From positions 1 to 31,043 of the forward strand of contig CAWBHS010000095.1 in assembly GCA_963788655.1 (NCBI GenBank): a DNA stretch of 31,043 nt, in the 5' to 3' direction. Origin of the DNA: an uncultured Verrucomicrobiae bacterium. GTDB taxonomy: Bacteria; Verrucomicrobiota; Verrucomicrobiia; Limisphaerales; JAFGQR01. A model generated the notes under the pieces. The model was not told the origin of the DNA. It did not search any database and worked only from the letters and a program-made list of their open reading frames with translations. This document shows positions 1 through 8,750 of this stretch, piece after piece (positions within the stretch are counted from its first letter, which is position 1; each line of letters opens with the position of its first letter). The position numbers and the translations under genes are program-made.

Positions 1-2318
1 GCGGAAGCGGGCAAACCCAGGTGGGTATCGTCATTGGTCACGCTGTTGTAGCCGCCATTATCCCGAAGGTTTGTCAGCCATCCCAACCGGTTGTATGTCA
101 GGTTTACAATGCGACCATCGGGATAGGTGATGTTGATTCAGGCGCGTTTGCAGATCGTAATCAAAAATTGTCGTTTTGTTCCGGGCATCAGTGACGGATT
201 CCAGCGCGCCACAGTCGCAGTAGCCAAACGACGTGACGTTGGTGAGTGCGTTGGTTACCGTAAGAAGTTGCCGAACCGGACTGTATTCGAAACGCGTCCA
301 GATACCCAGTCGGTCACTTACCCCAACGACGTAGCCGATTATAGACACGCTCGATGTAGATTGATCCGGAAAGGTGACGTTGGTGAGCCGTGAGCTTGTC
401 CCAGGCGTAGGTGACGGTCAAATCGCGGGCATCGGTGGCGGTGTGGACCAAATCATTTGTGTAAGTCAACGTGCGCGTGGCTTGGATTTGTTGGTCTTCG
501 ATTTCCTTCAAGCGCCCCACACTGGCGCCTTCCCAAGCTTGGTAGTAGGTCAACCACGTTGTTAGGCCGCTTGGCTTTTCAATACTGCCAAGCTGGTGGG
601 TGTTTTGATCATAATTATACGTCCACACCTCGCCTACAGCATTGGTGAACTTGGTCATTTGGTGGTGATCGTTGTAGCCGTAGCCCGCCAGAAATTCGCC
701 ACTGGGACCGTAATGGGTGACGAGATCAACCAAGTTCGCCGCATAGACGAAATCATTGGTGCGCCGAAGACTGTTGTCGTAGGTTTCCACTAACAGGGTG
801 ACATTTCCGAGCGCGTTTCCTGCTGCCAGGTAAAGCGTTGCTGCGCGCCCGGCTGCACCCGGATGGTCGCCGCCACCTGGGAATTGATGCCCTCGTAATC
901 GTCCTGGTCCTTTCCCGGATAATGGTACCAGGTAACTGACCGGTTTCCGCGCCGTCGGGGCTGGGGGAGCGCTCACAATTCAAGGTTGGACTGACGGTAT
1001 TGTCCGGGGCGTGGGCCACGCGCAACCATTGGCGCATTCGGCCTTTCTCAAAATCGGCGCTGCTAAACTCGGTTGGGGTGTTCGTGGACAAGGCCGCAAA
1101 TTGCCGCTTATTCCAGTAAAAACTATTTCGCCAGCGCATATCGTCGTCAGACAAGGTCCCAAGCGGCGAATACGTGGGCGTCAGCCCGTTGTAGTAGTGC
1201 GTCGGCAGGAAGTCGCTACTGTCATCCATGTACAGGTACAGTTGCGTCGCATTATCGGGCGTGGTGATTTGCAGCGAGCGATTGATGACATTTTGCCCGC
1301 CCAGGAAATCGGAGTTGCCGCCGGTCACCTGGAAGCTCGTCACTCCATACGGCGTGGTCAGGTTGGTGATCGCACCCGCGTCATCGTAAACGAAACGGCT
1401 AAACAGTCCCTCCGGATCCACGATGTTCGTGAGGTATCCTGAAGCATCGTAATACAGGAAGTTGGTACGTCCGTAAGCGTCTTCGACACTCGTGATTTGC
1501 GAACTGAAATTGGTGTCCGCATAGCGAACATAATTGGTTCGGCCGTCAACATCGATTACCCGGACAAGACGCGTGACTAAAACCACACCCTCGGTCTGCG
1601 ACTCGTATTCAAAGCGGGTGCTGAAACCCACCGGGTCAATTCTTTCCGAAAGGAAATACGTTTCCCCGTTACTCGTCAGCACGTGGTATTGATAAAGCTC
1701 TTTCCGGCCGTCAGCGTGATCGAGAGCGAAGCCCACGAGGTCGGGAGTGCTGTTGAAAACCGGCCGCAGCCACGTCTGGGCATACGGGTCGAGTTTGGCG
1801 CCGCCCTCAGCCTGCGAGCAGCAGTCCGCGTTGGTGTACCGTTTCACGCCTCCACCAGCCAGATAAAGGTCGGCCAGGAGGTAATTCACGCAATTGGTTG
1901 CCGCCGCTCCCGGAACACACTGGGCCGCTTGCAGGCCTTCAAAATAAATCCGTGACATCCACGAGCATTCCCACTGCGGCCCGACGTTGAAGACGCTGGG
2001 AGTGTTGTCGCGCTTATCACGCTGCGTGTAACTCAAGTGGAACGTCACTGGTGCTCCCTTGCTGGGCTGATAGCTTAGCGGCTCATCTTCCATCCAGAGT
2101 GAAATGAACGGCTCGCTGACCCACCACCGCGCCATACCCTCACAATCCTCCGAGGCTTCCAGCCCGTTATATCCGGCCAGTCCCGGGGCATGTTCATCAT
2201 CTTCGTCCTTGATTTTGTTATCGCCACCGGCCCAGCACCAGCTCGCTATGACACCACACGCCAGTAGCAACGTTGCCCATCGCTTAACGATTTCGAAATT
2301 GTGAATCAAACCTTTCAT
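1..2318 (-). CDS. RHS/YD-repeat protein with N-terminal signal peptide; partial (runs off the left edge) and split by several frameshifts
   Basis: ORF 753..2318 starts MKGLIHNFEIVKRWATLLLACGVIASWCWA behind an AAGGAGG RBS. YD-type repeats (YYDASGYLTNIVDPEG, YDDAGAITNLTTPYG) continue in other frames: TWYHYPGK near 930, YNDHHQMTKFTNAVG (314..976), YCDCGALESVTDARN (58..348), and ITYPDGRIVNLTYNRLGWLT down to base 1. Frame switches lie near 935, 820, 390, 345-330 and 140. Confidence 0.85.
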
Positions 2319-2333
2319 GTTCGCCTCCTTGTC

Positions 2334-3665
2334 TCAGGGAATAACCGACGCACTGTGCGGTTGCGCAATGCCAATTTCAACTGATGCCTTCCACGGGTCA
2401 TTTCCGTTCAGATACTCTTCATAATTGTCGTCCCAATCCCCGTCGGGATTGGCGTCGGCATCATCGATTTGCGGGTCCAGCCCCCAGCGCAGTTCCCAAT
2501 TGTCTGGCATGCCATCGCCATCCGAATCGACGAGGGATGGGGTGTTGGTGCTGGTCATGCTGATGAGCAGCTCGTAGGCATCGGGCAATCCGTCCCAGTC
2601 GCTGTCCAGCATCGTGCCCAATCGAAAGAAGCCCATACTATCCAAAGGCCCTTCGAGAACCAACTGAGTCTCGCCCGGTTGGCTGCGCGCCAGCCAAACC
2701 CAAGTGATTGGGCTGGCCAAGTTCGTCGCGTAATACAAATCATACTGCGCCGCTTCGTCGTCGCTGCAAATCGTCAGCAGCAGATTGGTCTGTTGCAGCA
2801 TTTCAGCGGAGACGATTAAATTCGTATAACCTCCTTCGCCCATCATCATCACACCTCCGGATAAAGACAGCTCCAAGGATTGTCCCTGCATCATTTCCTG
2901 CTGTTCTTCCCACACTTCGAGCATCTCCGAAAGGCCGTCGTAAAAACTGGTGATTTCCCATTCCTCAATTGGGCCATCGAAGGTCAGCGCCACATCCAAG
3001 GTGCGCCGCGTGCTGTCGTTGAAAAAACAAAACCCGTTGGAGCGCACCGTAGCACTTGGCCAGTAGGTAACTCCGGTGCCGTTGGTGATGAACTGGTCAT
3101 TGATGTACAGCTCTGAGTTGGTCGCCGTGTAGTTCAGCACAATCTGATACCACTCATTGGAGGCGAACTGCGCCGGGGTGCTCAAATAGAGCGCCTCGGA
3201 TCCGTTCGTTTGCGCAGCAAACCACAAGGCGTCGTCCTGCCAATAAAAGGACCACCAGCCGATGGAGGCGTCCTCCGTCCAGGTGCCGACTTCCACGAAG
3301 GGAGTGTACACGCCGGTCCAGGAATTGTCCGGCCGGAACCAGAACATCACCGAACCTCGGTCGCACAATAAATTGGGTCGGCCATTCGTTTGGATTTCCG
3401 GGTAACGCAGCACGGCTGGTGCGGCGGCATCGATCTGCACCGCGTTGCTTTGCCAACTGGACACGAGCACCAGATTTGAAGCGCTGAGCGGGGGCGATCC
3501 TGATGCATCCACCAAGTAAGTGTCATCAAACAACCAGGTCCCAACCAAATCCGCAAGGTCTGGCAGCGGTGGTGGACCATCAGCCGAAACCTCCAGTGCA
3601 ATACCGCAAGCGCAAACCAAAGTTGCGACGATCAGTTTTGCATCGACTCTTCCTTTTGTTTTCAT
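2334..3665 (-). CDS. Secreted protein with a LamG/concanavalin A-like domain and C-terminal Asp-rich (thrombospondin-3-like) DxDxDG repeats
   Basis: Signal peptide (KLIVATLVCACGIALEVSA); LamG-type motifs GSVMFWFRPD and NEWYQIVLNY...LYIND; DSDWDGLPDAYE, DSDGDGMPDNWE and DGDWDDNYEEYLNGNDP. Ends 15 bp before the RHS start. Confidence 0.8.
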   Translation of the reverse strand: MKTKGRVDAKLIVATLVCACGIALEVSADGPPPLPDLADLVGTWLFDDTYLVDASGSPPLSASNLVLVSSWQSNAVQIDAAAPAVLRYPEIQTNGRPNLLCDRGSVMFWFRPDNSWTGVYTPFVEVGTWTEDASIGWWSFYWQDDALWFAAQTNGSEALYLSTPAQFASNEWYQIVLNYTATNSELYINDQFITNGTGVTYWPSATVRSNGFCFFNDSTRRTLDVALTFDGPIEEWEITSFYDGLSEMLEVWEEQQEMMQGQSLELSLSGGVMMMGEGGYTNLIVSAEMLQQTNLLLTICSDDEAAQYDLYYATNLASPITWVWLARSQPGETQLVLEGPLDSMGFFRLGTMLDSDWDGLPDAYELLISMTSTNTPSLVDSDGDGMPDNWELRWGLDPQIDDADANPDGDWDDNYEEYLNGNDPWKASVEIGIAQPHSASVIP

Positions 3666-3880
3666 GGTTCATTCTCCCGGGCATTATCAGTTTGCAAACT
3701 CAATTCCACGGCCGGTTGAACTGTACTCTTTGTGCAATCCCAAGCAGGGGCATGAGTTCACTTTCATTATTGGTTCGTCTTTTACCTTGGCCGCAACCAA
3801 TGGCAAGAACTATTTCGGAATAATTGTGCTCATGTGGGAAACAGATTCCCGGTTAGCATCGGTTAGGGTCCAGCCTGTTA

Positions 3881-4183
3881 ATGAATCCTGGACTCAACCT
3901 CGTTGGCCCGATGGTGCGCAAGTGGCGCTCCCGCAAGGGCTGGTCCCAGGAAAAACTTGCTCAAAAGCTTCAACTTTCGGGTTGGACTATCAGCCGTCAC
4001 TCGGTGGCCAAGTTGGAGTTGAAACTGCGCCGAGTTTCCGATTGCGAGCTTCTATTCCTGGCTAAGACGCTGGGGATTCCCCTTAATGACCTGTTTCCTA
4101 AGGGACTCGAATTGAAGCGGATCGGACCGGCATTTCAAGGAAACCAGCGCATTGCTATTTTTCCTGGTCGTGCGGACAAATAG
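3881..4183 (+). CDS. XRE/Cro-C1 family helix-turn-helix transcriptional regulator
   Basis: VRKWRSRKGWSQEKLAQKLQ...ISRHSVAKLE...RRVSDCELLFLAKTLGIPLNDLF is a typical HTH_XRE pattern. Divergent from the LamG-RHS genes. Confidence 0.85.
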   Translation: MNPGLNLVGPMVRKWRSRKGWSQEKLAQKLQLSGWTISRHSVAKLELKLRRVSDCELLFLAKTLGIPLNDLFPKGLELKRIGPAFQGNQRIAIFPGRADK

Positions 4184-4377
4184 CAGTCGTGCAATCAAAT
4201 TTCTGACTGGTTCACCGGTAATCTCACTGATTCAAGTATGACTTGATCCCGCAAATGGGTCCAGTTCCCCCGCGCCTTTTCCCCCAGACTGTCTCCAGTG
4301 TCCAAAAACGGAACTCCACTTGCTTCTACTGCGGCCATGGCTGGCCCGAATTGCCTAAAAATGCCGGACTAAACACC

Positions 4378-5754
4378 GTGTTGTGGTGGACCATACAGCA
4401 GCTTAAGTCCCGGCGGCCCAAAACTCGTCTCTTGGCCTTGCAGAGATTGATCATTTCTGCCGGGCCGGAAGTGTTGGAGCCGCTGGCTTCGGCATTGCGG
4501 GACACCGATCCGCACGTGCGCCAGATTGCGGCCAAGGGATTGGGCCGCCTCAAAAACGATAAAGCCATCGAACCGCTGGCCGGCGCCTTGCGGGATACCG
4601 TGGCCGAAGTGCGGGAAGCTGCGGCCGAGGCGTTGGGCGCTTCGGGTTCACCCCAGGCCGCCCATTGGCTCGTGACGGCGTTGGCTGATCCCGATTCGGC
4701 AGTGCGCTGGCGGGCGGCGCATGCGTTGAACGCGCTCGGCTGGCAGCCCAAGGACGAAGCCCAGTCAGCACTGCAAGCAGTGGCGCGTGCTGAATACGAC
4801 CGGGCGGCCACCTTCGGCCCCGTAGCCATTGAAGCGTTGGTGGCCGCCGCCAATTCCGGTCCGTTCAACAAACGAGTGGCGGCCGTCGAAGCGCTCAGTC
4901 AGATCAGCGACACCCGCGTGGTGAAGCCGTTGTTGACCGCCTTGCGTTGTGAAGACGCTGCGGTGCGCGTGGCCGCGGTGGAGGCGTTGACCCGCATCGG
5001 TGAACCGCAGGCCTGCGAGGCCGTCTTGCCGTTGCTCAAGGACGCCAACAATCGCGTGCGCGGCGCCGCGGTGGAAGCGGTCAGCAAGTTGGGTGGAGCG
5101 CGGTCCGTCAAATCGCTCAACGCGGGGCTCAAGGATTCCGATTGGGACGTGCGTCGTGCCACCGCGGAAGCGCTGGGCAAATTGAAGGATATTTCCTCCA
5201 TTCCGGTTTTGGCGGCCGCGACGCGCGATGCGGATACTGACGTGCGGCATGCCGCCGTGATTGCGCTGGGGCAAATTGCCAGTGAGGCTGTTCTCGAACC
5301 GTTGATTCTGGTGCTCAAGGATGACCAAAACCTCGTTCGGCAGGCGGCGGCAGCGGCATTGAAACAGGTCAATCCGGACTGGAGCAAAACCGAGGCGGCT
5401 CAACGGGTATTGCCGGAATTCAAGGCGGCCTTGAAGGACAAGGAATACTGGGTGCGGCAGGCGGCCGCCGAAGTGCTGGCGCAGATTGGTGAACTACGCG
5501 ACAAGCCTTCCACGGAAACCGCCTTTGCCGATGCGGCGCATTATCGGCGAAAAGCGGCGCTGGCGATTTTGATGCACGCCCTCAAGGATCGGGACCGCGA
5601 TTTGCGGCAAGCGGCCGCCGAAGCCTTGGGCCGTTTGGGGCAGGTCCGCGCCAAAGAAGCGCTGCAAGTCGCCGCCGAGGATTTGGACGTCGGCGTGCGC
5701 CTGGCCGCCACTCAAGCGCTGGAGAAACTTCAACAGATGGCGGTGAATGCCTGA
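4378..5754 (+). CDS. HEAT-repeat (PBS lyase-like) protein
   Basis: About a dozen repeats of the form LxxxLxDxDxxVRxxAAxALG (ALRDTDPHVRQIAAKGLG, GLKDSDWDVRRATAEALG, ALKDRDRDLRQAAAEALG). Start placed at the in-frame GTG 4378 (MLWWTIQQL); the ORF track extends it to 4243. Confidence 0.88.
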   Translation: MLWWTIQQLKSRRPKTRLLALQRLIISAGPEVLEPLASALRDTDPHVRQIAAKGLGRLKNDKAIEPLAGALRDTVAEVREAAAEALGASGSPQAAHWLVTALADPDSAVRWRAAHALNALGWQPKDEAQSALQAVARAEYDRAATFGPVAIEALVAAANSGPFNKRVAAVEALSQISDTRVVKPLLTALRCEDAAVRVAAVEALTRIGEPQACEAVLPLLKDANNRVRGAAVEAVSKLGGARSVKSLNAGLKDSDWDVRRATAEALGKLKDISSIPVLAAATRDADTDVRHAAVIALGQIASEAVLEPLILVLKDDQNLVRQAAAAALKQVNPDWSKTEAAQRVLPEFKAALKDKEYWVRQAAAEVLAQIGELRDKPSTETAFADAAHYRRKAALAILMHALKDRDRDLRQAAAEALGRLGQVRAKEALQVAAEDLDVGVRLAATQALEKLQQMAVNA

Positions 5755-5809
5755 GCTGATTTCCAAGTGAAACCTGGTTGCCAAAATATAAGAGCCGATT
5801 GGAAAGTTG

Positions 5810-5895
5810 GTGGCAGCCAACGCCGGGAGGCTCACATTTTTCGGGAGCAGTGTGGTTTTCCGCAGAGTTATGAGCCTCCTTACGTCGGCTGCTAC
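5810..5895. repeat. REP-like inverted repeat pair, family A (GTAGCAGCCGACGTRAGGAGGCTCA)
   Basis: Arm 5810-5834 (gtggcagccaacgccgggaggctca) matches the reverse complement of 5871-5895 at 20/25 positions. The right arm recurs at 22813-22837. Confidence 0.75.
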
Positions 5896-5957
5896 AAGCT
5901 GGCTGGAGGTTGCCAGGATTACCACGATCGAGTCTTTAACCACACAAATCATTGCGT

Positions 5958-7172
5958 ATGAAAAAAACACTTCTGTTGGTTGGCCGCGAACCGATGGCCT
6001 TACGGGAAGCCCCCAGCTTCCTTGAGGAGCTGGGCCCGGACTGGACCGTTCAAACCGCCACCAACGGCCAGGACGCTTTGACGTTGCTGGCGTCCGGGAC
6101 CATCGTAGCCGTCCTCGCCAATCTGCGTCTGCCCGGCCAGAGCGGGACGCAGTTTTTGGACACGGTGATGCAGCAGTTCCCGGCGGTCCACCGATTCATC
6201 CTGGCGGACTTGGCCGACAAGGAAACCATGCTCAAGTGCGTGGCCACCGCGCACCAATTCATTTCCACGCCCTGCGGCGGCAGAGTGTTGCTGGCCGCCC
6301 TCGAACGCTCGTTCAAAATGGAACTGCTGTTTGGCAGTGACGCCGTCAAGCAGGTCGTTTCGCGGGTTCACAAGATGCCCAGCCCGCCGACCAGCTACTT
6401 CCAAATTGTGCGCGAACTGCAATCGCCCGCGTCGTCCATGGACAGCATTGGCGCGATCATTTCCCAGGACCTGGCCATTACCGCCAAGATGCTGCAAATG
6501 GTCAACTCGGCGGCGTTCGGCTTGCAGCGGCAGGTGTCGGACTCGGCGGAGGCGGTGCTGTTCCTCGGCATCGAGACGACCAAATCGCTGGTCTTGCTGG
6601 CCCATACCTTTTCCTACTTTGACAACCTGAGTGTCTCCGGCTTCTCGATTGAAAATCTGTGGAACCATTCGTTGTCCGTGGGCCGCCTGGCCCGGGCGGT
6701 GGCTCGCGCCGAAAACGCGCGGGAGAGCGTCCGGGAAAAATGTTTCACCGCCGGTTTGTTGCACGACCTTGGCAAGCTGTTGATCGCGGCCAACCAACCG
6801 GCGGAACTTCAGTGTATCGCCCAACGGCAGCGGGAAGGCTGCTTGAGCGGCTGGCAAGCGGAGCAGGCGATTCTCGGCACCACCCACGCCGAATTGGGCG
6901 CGTGGCTGGCGGCCATTTGGGGGCTGCCGTTGTCCATCGTGGAAGGCATCGCCTTGCACCACCATCCCAGCCGGTTCCTCACGAGCGACTTTTGTCCGCT
7001 GACTGCCGTCCATATTGCCAACAGCCTGTGTCGGGAATTCGACGCGGACGGCGACACGCCGGTCGTGGACGCCATCGACGAAGCCTATTTATCGGAATTG
7101 AAGTTGTTGGAACGGCTCGAAGTTTGGCGCCAACTCGGCCATTCGCTGTGGGTCGATCGGGAGGCGGCTTGA
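5958..7172 (+). CDS. Receiver-like domain + HDOD domain signal transduction protein
   Basis: N-terminal REC fold (TATNGQDALTLL...LRLPGQSGTQFL). HDOD motifs PSPP, DLAITAKMLQMVNSAAFG, LWNHS, GLLHDLGKL, THAELGAWLAAIWGLP and HHHP. Confidence 0.88.
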   Translation: MKKTLLLVGREPMALREAPSFLEELGPDWTVQTATNGQDALTLLASGTIVAVLANLRLPGQSGTQFLDTVMQQFPAVHRFILADLADKETMLKCVATAHQFISTPCGGRVLLAALERSFKMELLFGSDAVKQVVSRVHKMPSPPTSYFQIVRELQSPASSMDSIGAIISQDLAITAKMLQMVNSAAFGLQRQVSDSAEAVLFLGIETTKSLVLLAHTFSYFDNLSVSGFSIENLWNHSLSVGRLARAVARAENARESVREKCFTAGLLHDLGKLLIAANQPAELQCIAQRQREGCLSGWQAEQAILGTTHAELGAWLAAIWGLPLSIVEGIALHHHPSRFLTSDFCPLTAVHIANSLCREFDADGDTPVVDAIDEAYLSELKLLERLEVWRQLGHSLWVDREAA

Positions 7173-7215
7173 ACCAAGCGTACTGGTGAAACCGAAGAAT
7201 AGGCTCCACTTTGCC

Positions 7216-7271
7216 GTAGCGCAGATTTCCCATCTGCAGTATCGCCGAATTGCATTCGGCAAGGCGTCCGC
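7216..7271 (+). repeat. REP-like element, family B (GTAGCGCAG...), left arm only
   Basis: 49/56 identical to 10747-10802; contains the internal hairpins gcagatttcccatctgc and gccgaattgcattcggc. Confidence 0.75.
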
Positions 7272-7324
7272 AGCTCCGATGCCGGTGGGGACAAACGGAA
7301 GCGGCCGGACCGTTCGAGCGCTCG

Positions 7325-7527
7325 CTTTCCCCTCACCCCGGCCCTCTCCCTCGGGGAGAGGGAGAATCGCACTCCGCTCGTTTGCAATGTTGGACGCGCT
7401 GGATTCTCCGTCCGTCTTTGGTGCGAATAAACAGGGCGCGGAGATTGGCAGTGGTCCTCACGAATGTCTCGCAGCGGCTGACTGCTGTCCCCTCTCCCTG
7501 GGGGAGAGGGTTAGGGTGAGGGGAAAG
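7325..7527. repeat. REP-like inverted pair, family C (CCCCTCACCC...CCCTCTCCC-GGGAGAGGG)
   Basis: 7325-7364 (ctttcccctcaccccggccctctccctcggggagagggag) and 7488-7527 (tcccctctccctgggggagagggttagggtgaggggaaag) are mutual inverted repeats, each with its own hairpin. Confidence 0.8.
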
Positions 7528-7613
7528 AACGCGTCCGGTCATTCCCGAACCATCAACAATTGGTGGCCACTCCCATTCGGCCATCCGCTCCTCAAATTCT
7601 TTTGACCTCATCC

Positions 7614-8750
7614 ATGAAGCCCCATCAAATTCTGTTTGTTGACGATGACCCGGCGTTTCTCGAAACGGTGGGACAACTGTTTGCCGGTTGGAGCCAGGGC
7701 GTGTGGCAGGTGCATACGGCTTCCACGACGGCCAAGGCGCTGGCGTTGTTACAGGAACACACAATGGATCTGATCGTTGTGGACATCCAGATGCCGGTCA
7801 TGGACGGCGTGCAATTCCTCGCGTTGTTGAACCGGAAATATCCCCACTTGCGCAAGGTGGTATTGACCGGGTTCGGCAGCGATGAATGTCGCGCGAACTG
7901 TCTGAACGATGGCGCCGAATTGTTCCTGGAAAAACCCCGCACGACCGAAGGCTACGAGACGGTGTTTGCCACGTTGAATGAATTGGCGTCGCTCGAACCG
8001 CAGGAAGGCTTTCGCGGTGTCCTGCGGCAGGTCGGGCTGCCGGATTTGATTCAGATGGAATGCCTCAAACGCAATTCGTCCGTGCTCGAAGTGGCCAACG
8101 GCCGGGTCCGCGGCCGCATTTACCTTGAGCAAGGCGCCGTTGTGCATGCCGAATTGGGGGCGGTTAAAGGCGAGGCTGCCTTCAATAACCTGCTCTGCCT
8201 GCGCGGCGGCAAGTTCAACCTGAAAGCCTTCGAGCCGCCTCCGGAACGGTCGGTCGAAGGCCAGTGGGAATTTCTCCTGATGGAGGCCGCGCGCATGCGC
8301 GACGAACTGGCGGAGTTCACCAACGAATCGGTGGAGGCCAGTCCCAAGGCCGCCATGGCCAGCGCGACGACCCCGGCGGCAGAGGCCGTGGAAGATGCAG
8401 ACAACGTGATCGAATGGCCCGGGAACGCGTCCTCGCCGGGCAACATGGCTGCCGAGCCGGCGGTGCCGGAAGTCACCACCCGGATCGACGAAATGGTGGT
8501 TTGCTCCGGCCAGAGCGAGGTCTTGTACGAATGGCAGTGCCGTGATGTCGAGGCGCGGCTCAAATTGCTACAATGGGTGGCGCAAAAAGCGGATCAGATC
8601 GGGCAGGCGTTCGCCTTGGGGCGATTTGATCGCATGGAAGCGCTCGGGCCACAGGGACGCATCGTGGCGCATGTTGCGCCGGACCAAAAGTTGTTGGTGC
8701 GCTGCAGTCGGGACAGGGCGGAAGCCAAAGCGTTGGCGGTGAACGAATGA
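7614..8750 (+). CDS. Response regulator: REC + DUF4388 (PatA-N-like) + acidic Ala/Pro linker + possible roadblock-like C-terminal domain
   Basis: Canonical REC (ILFVDDDP, VVDIQMP, VLTG, FLEKP). DUF4388-type segment GFRGVLRQVGLPDLIQMECL...GRIYLEQGAVVHAE...GEAAF...LLMEAARMRDE. ATG at 7614. Confidence 0.85.
   Translation: MKPHQILFVDDDPAFLETVGQLFAGWSQGVWQVHTASTTAKALALLQEHTMDLIVVDIQMPVMDGVQFLALLNRKYPHLRKVVLTGFGSDECRANCLNDGAELFLEKPRTTEGYETVFATLNELASLEPQEGFRGVLRQVGLPDLIQMECLKRNSSVLEVANGRVRGRIYLEQGAVVHAELGAVKGEAAFNNLLCLRGGKFNLKAFEPPPERSVEGQWEFLLMEAARMRDELAEFTNESVEASPKAAMASATTPAAEAVEDADNVIEWPGNASSPGNMAAEPAVPEVTTRIDEMVVCSGQSEVLYEWQCRDVEARLKLLQWVAQKADQIGQAFALGRFDRMEALGPQGRIVAHVAPDQKLLVRCSRDRAEAKALAVNE

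Noticed and set aside
3503..4065. ORFs 3503..3823 and 3520..4065
   Set aside because: They overlap the LamG gene antisense (and 3520..4065 also the XRE gene in another frame) and show no recognisable domain.
7085..7764. ORFs 7186..7605, 7250..7519, 7085..7387 and 7333..7764
   Set aside because: They are translations of REP-like palindromes (PSPRPSPSGRG, LSLGERVRVRG), not credible proteins.
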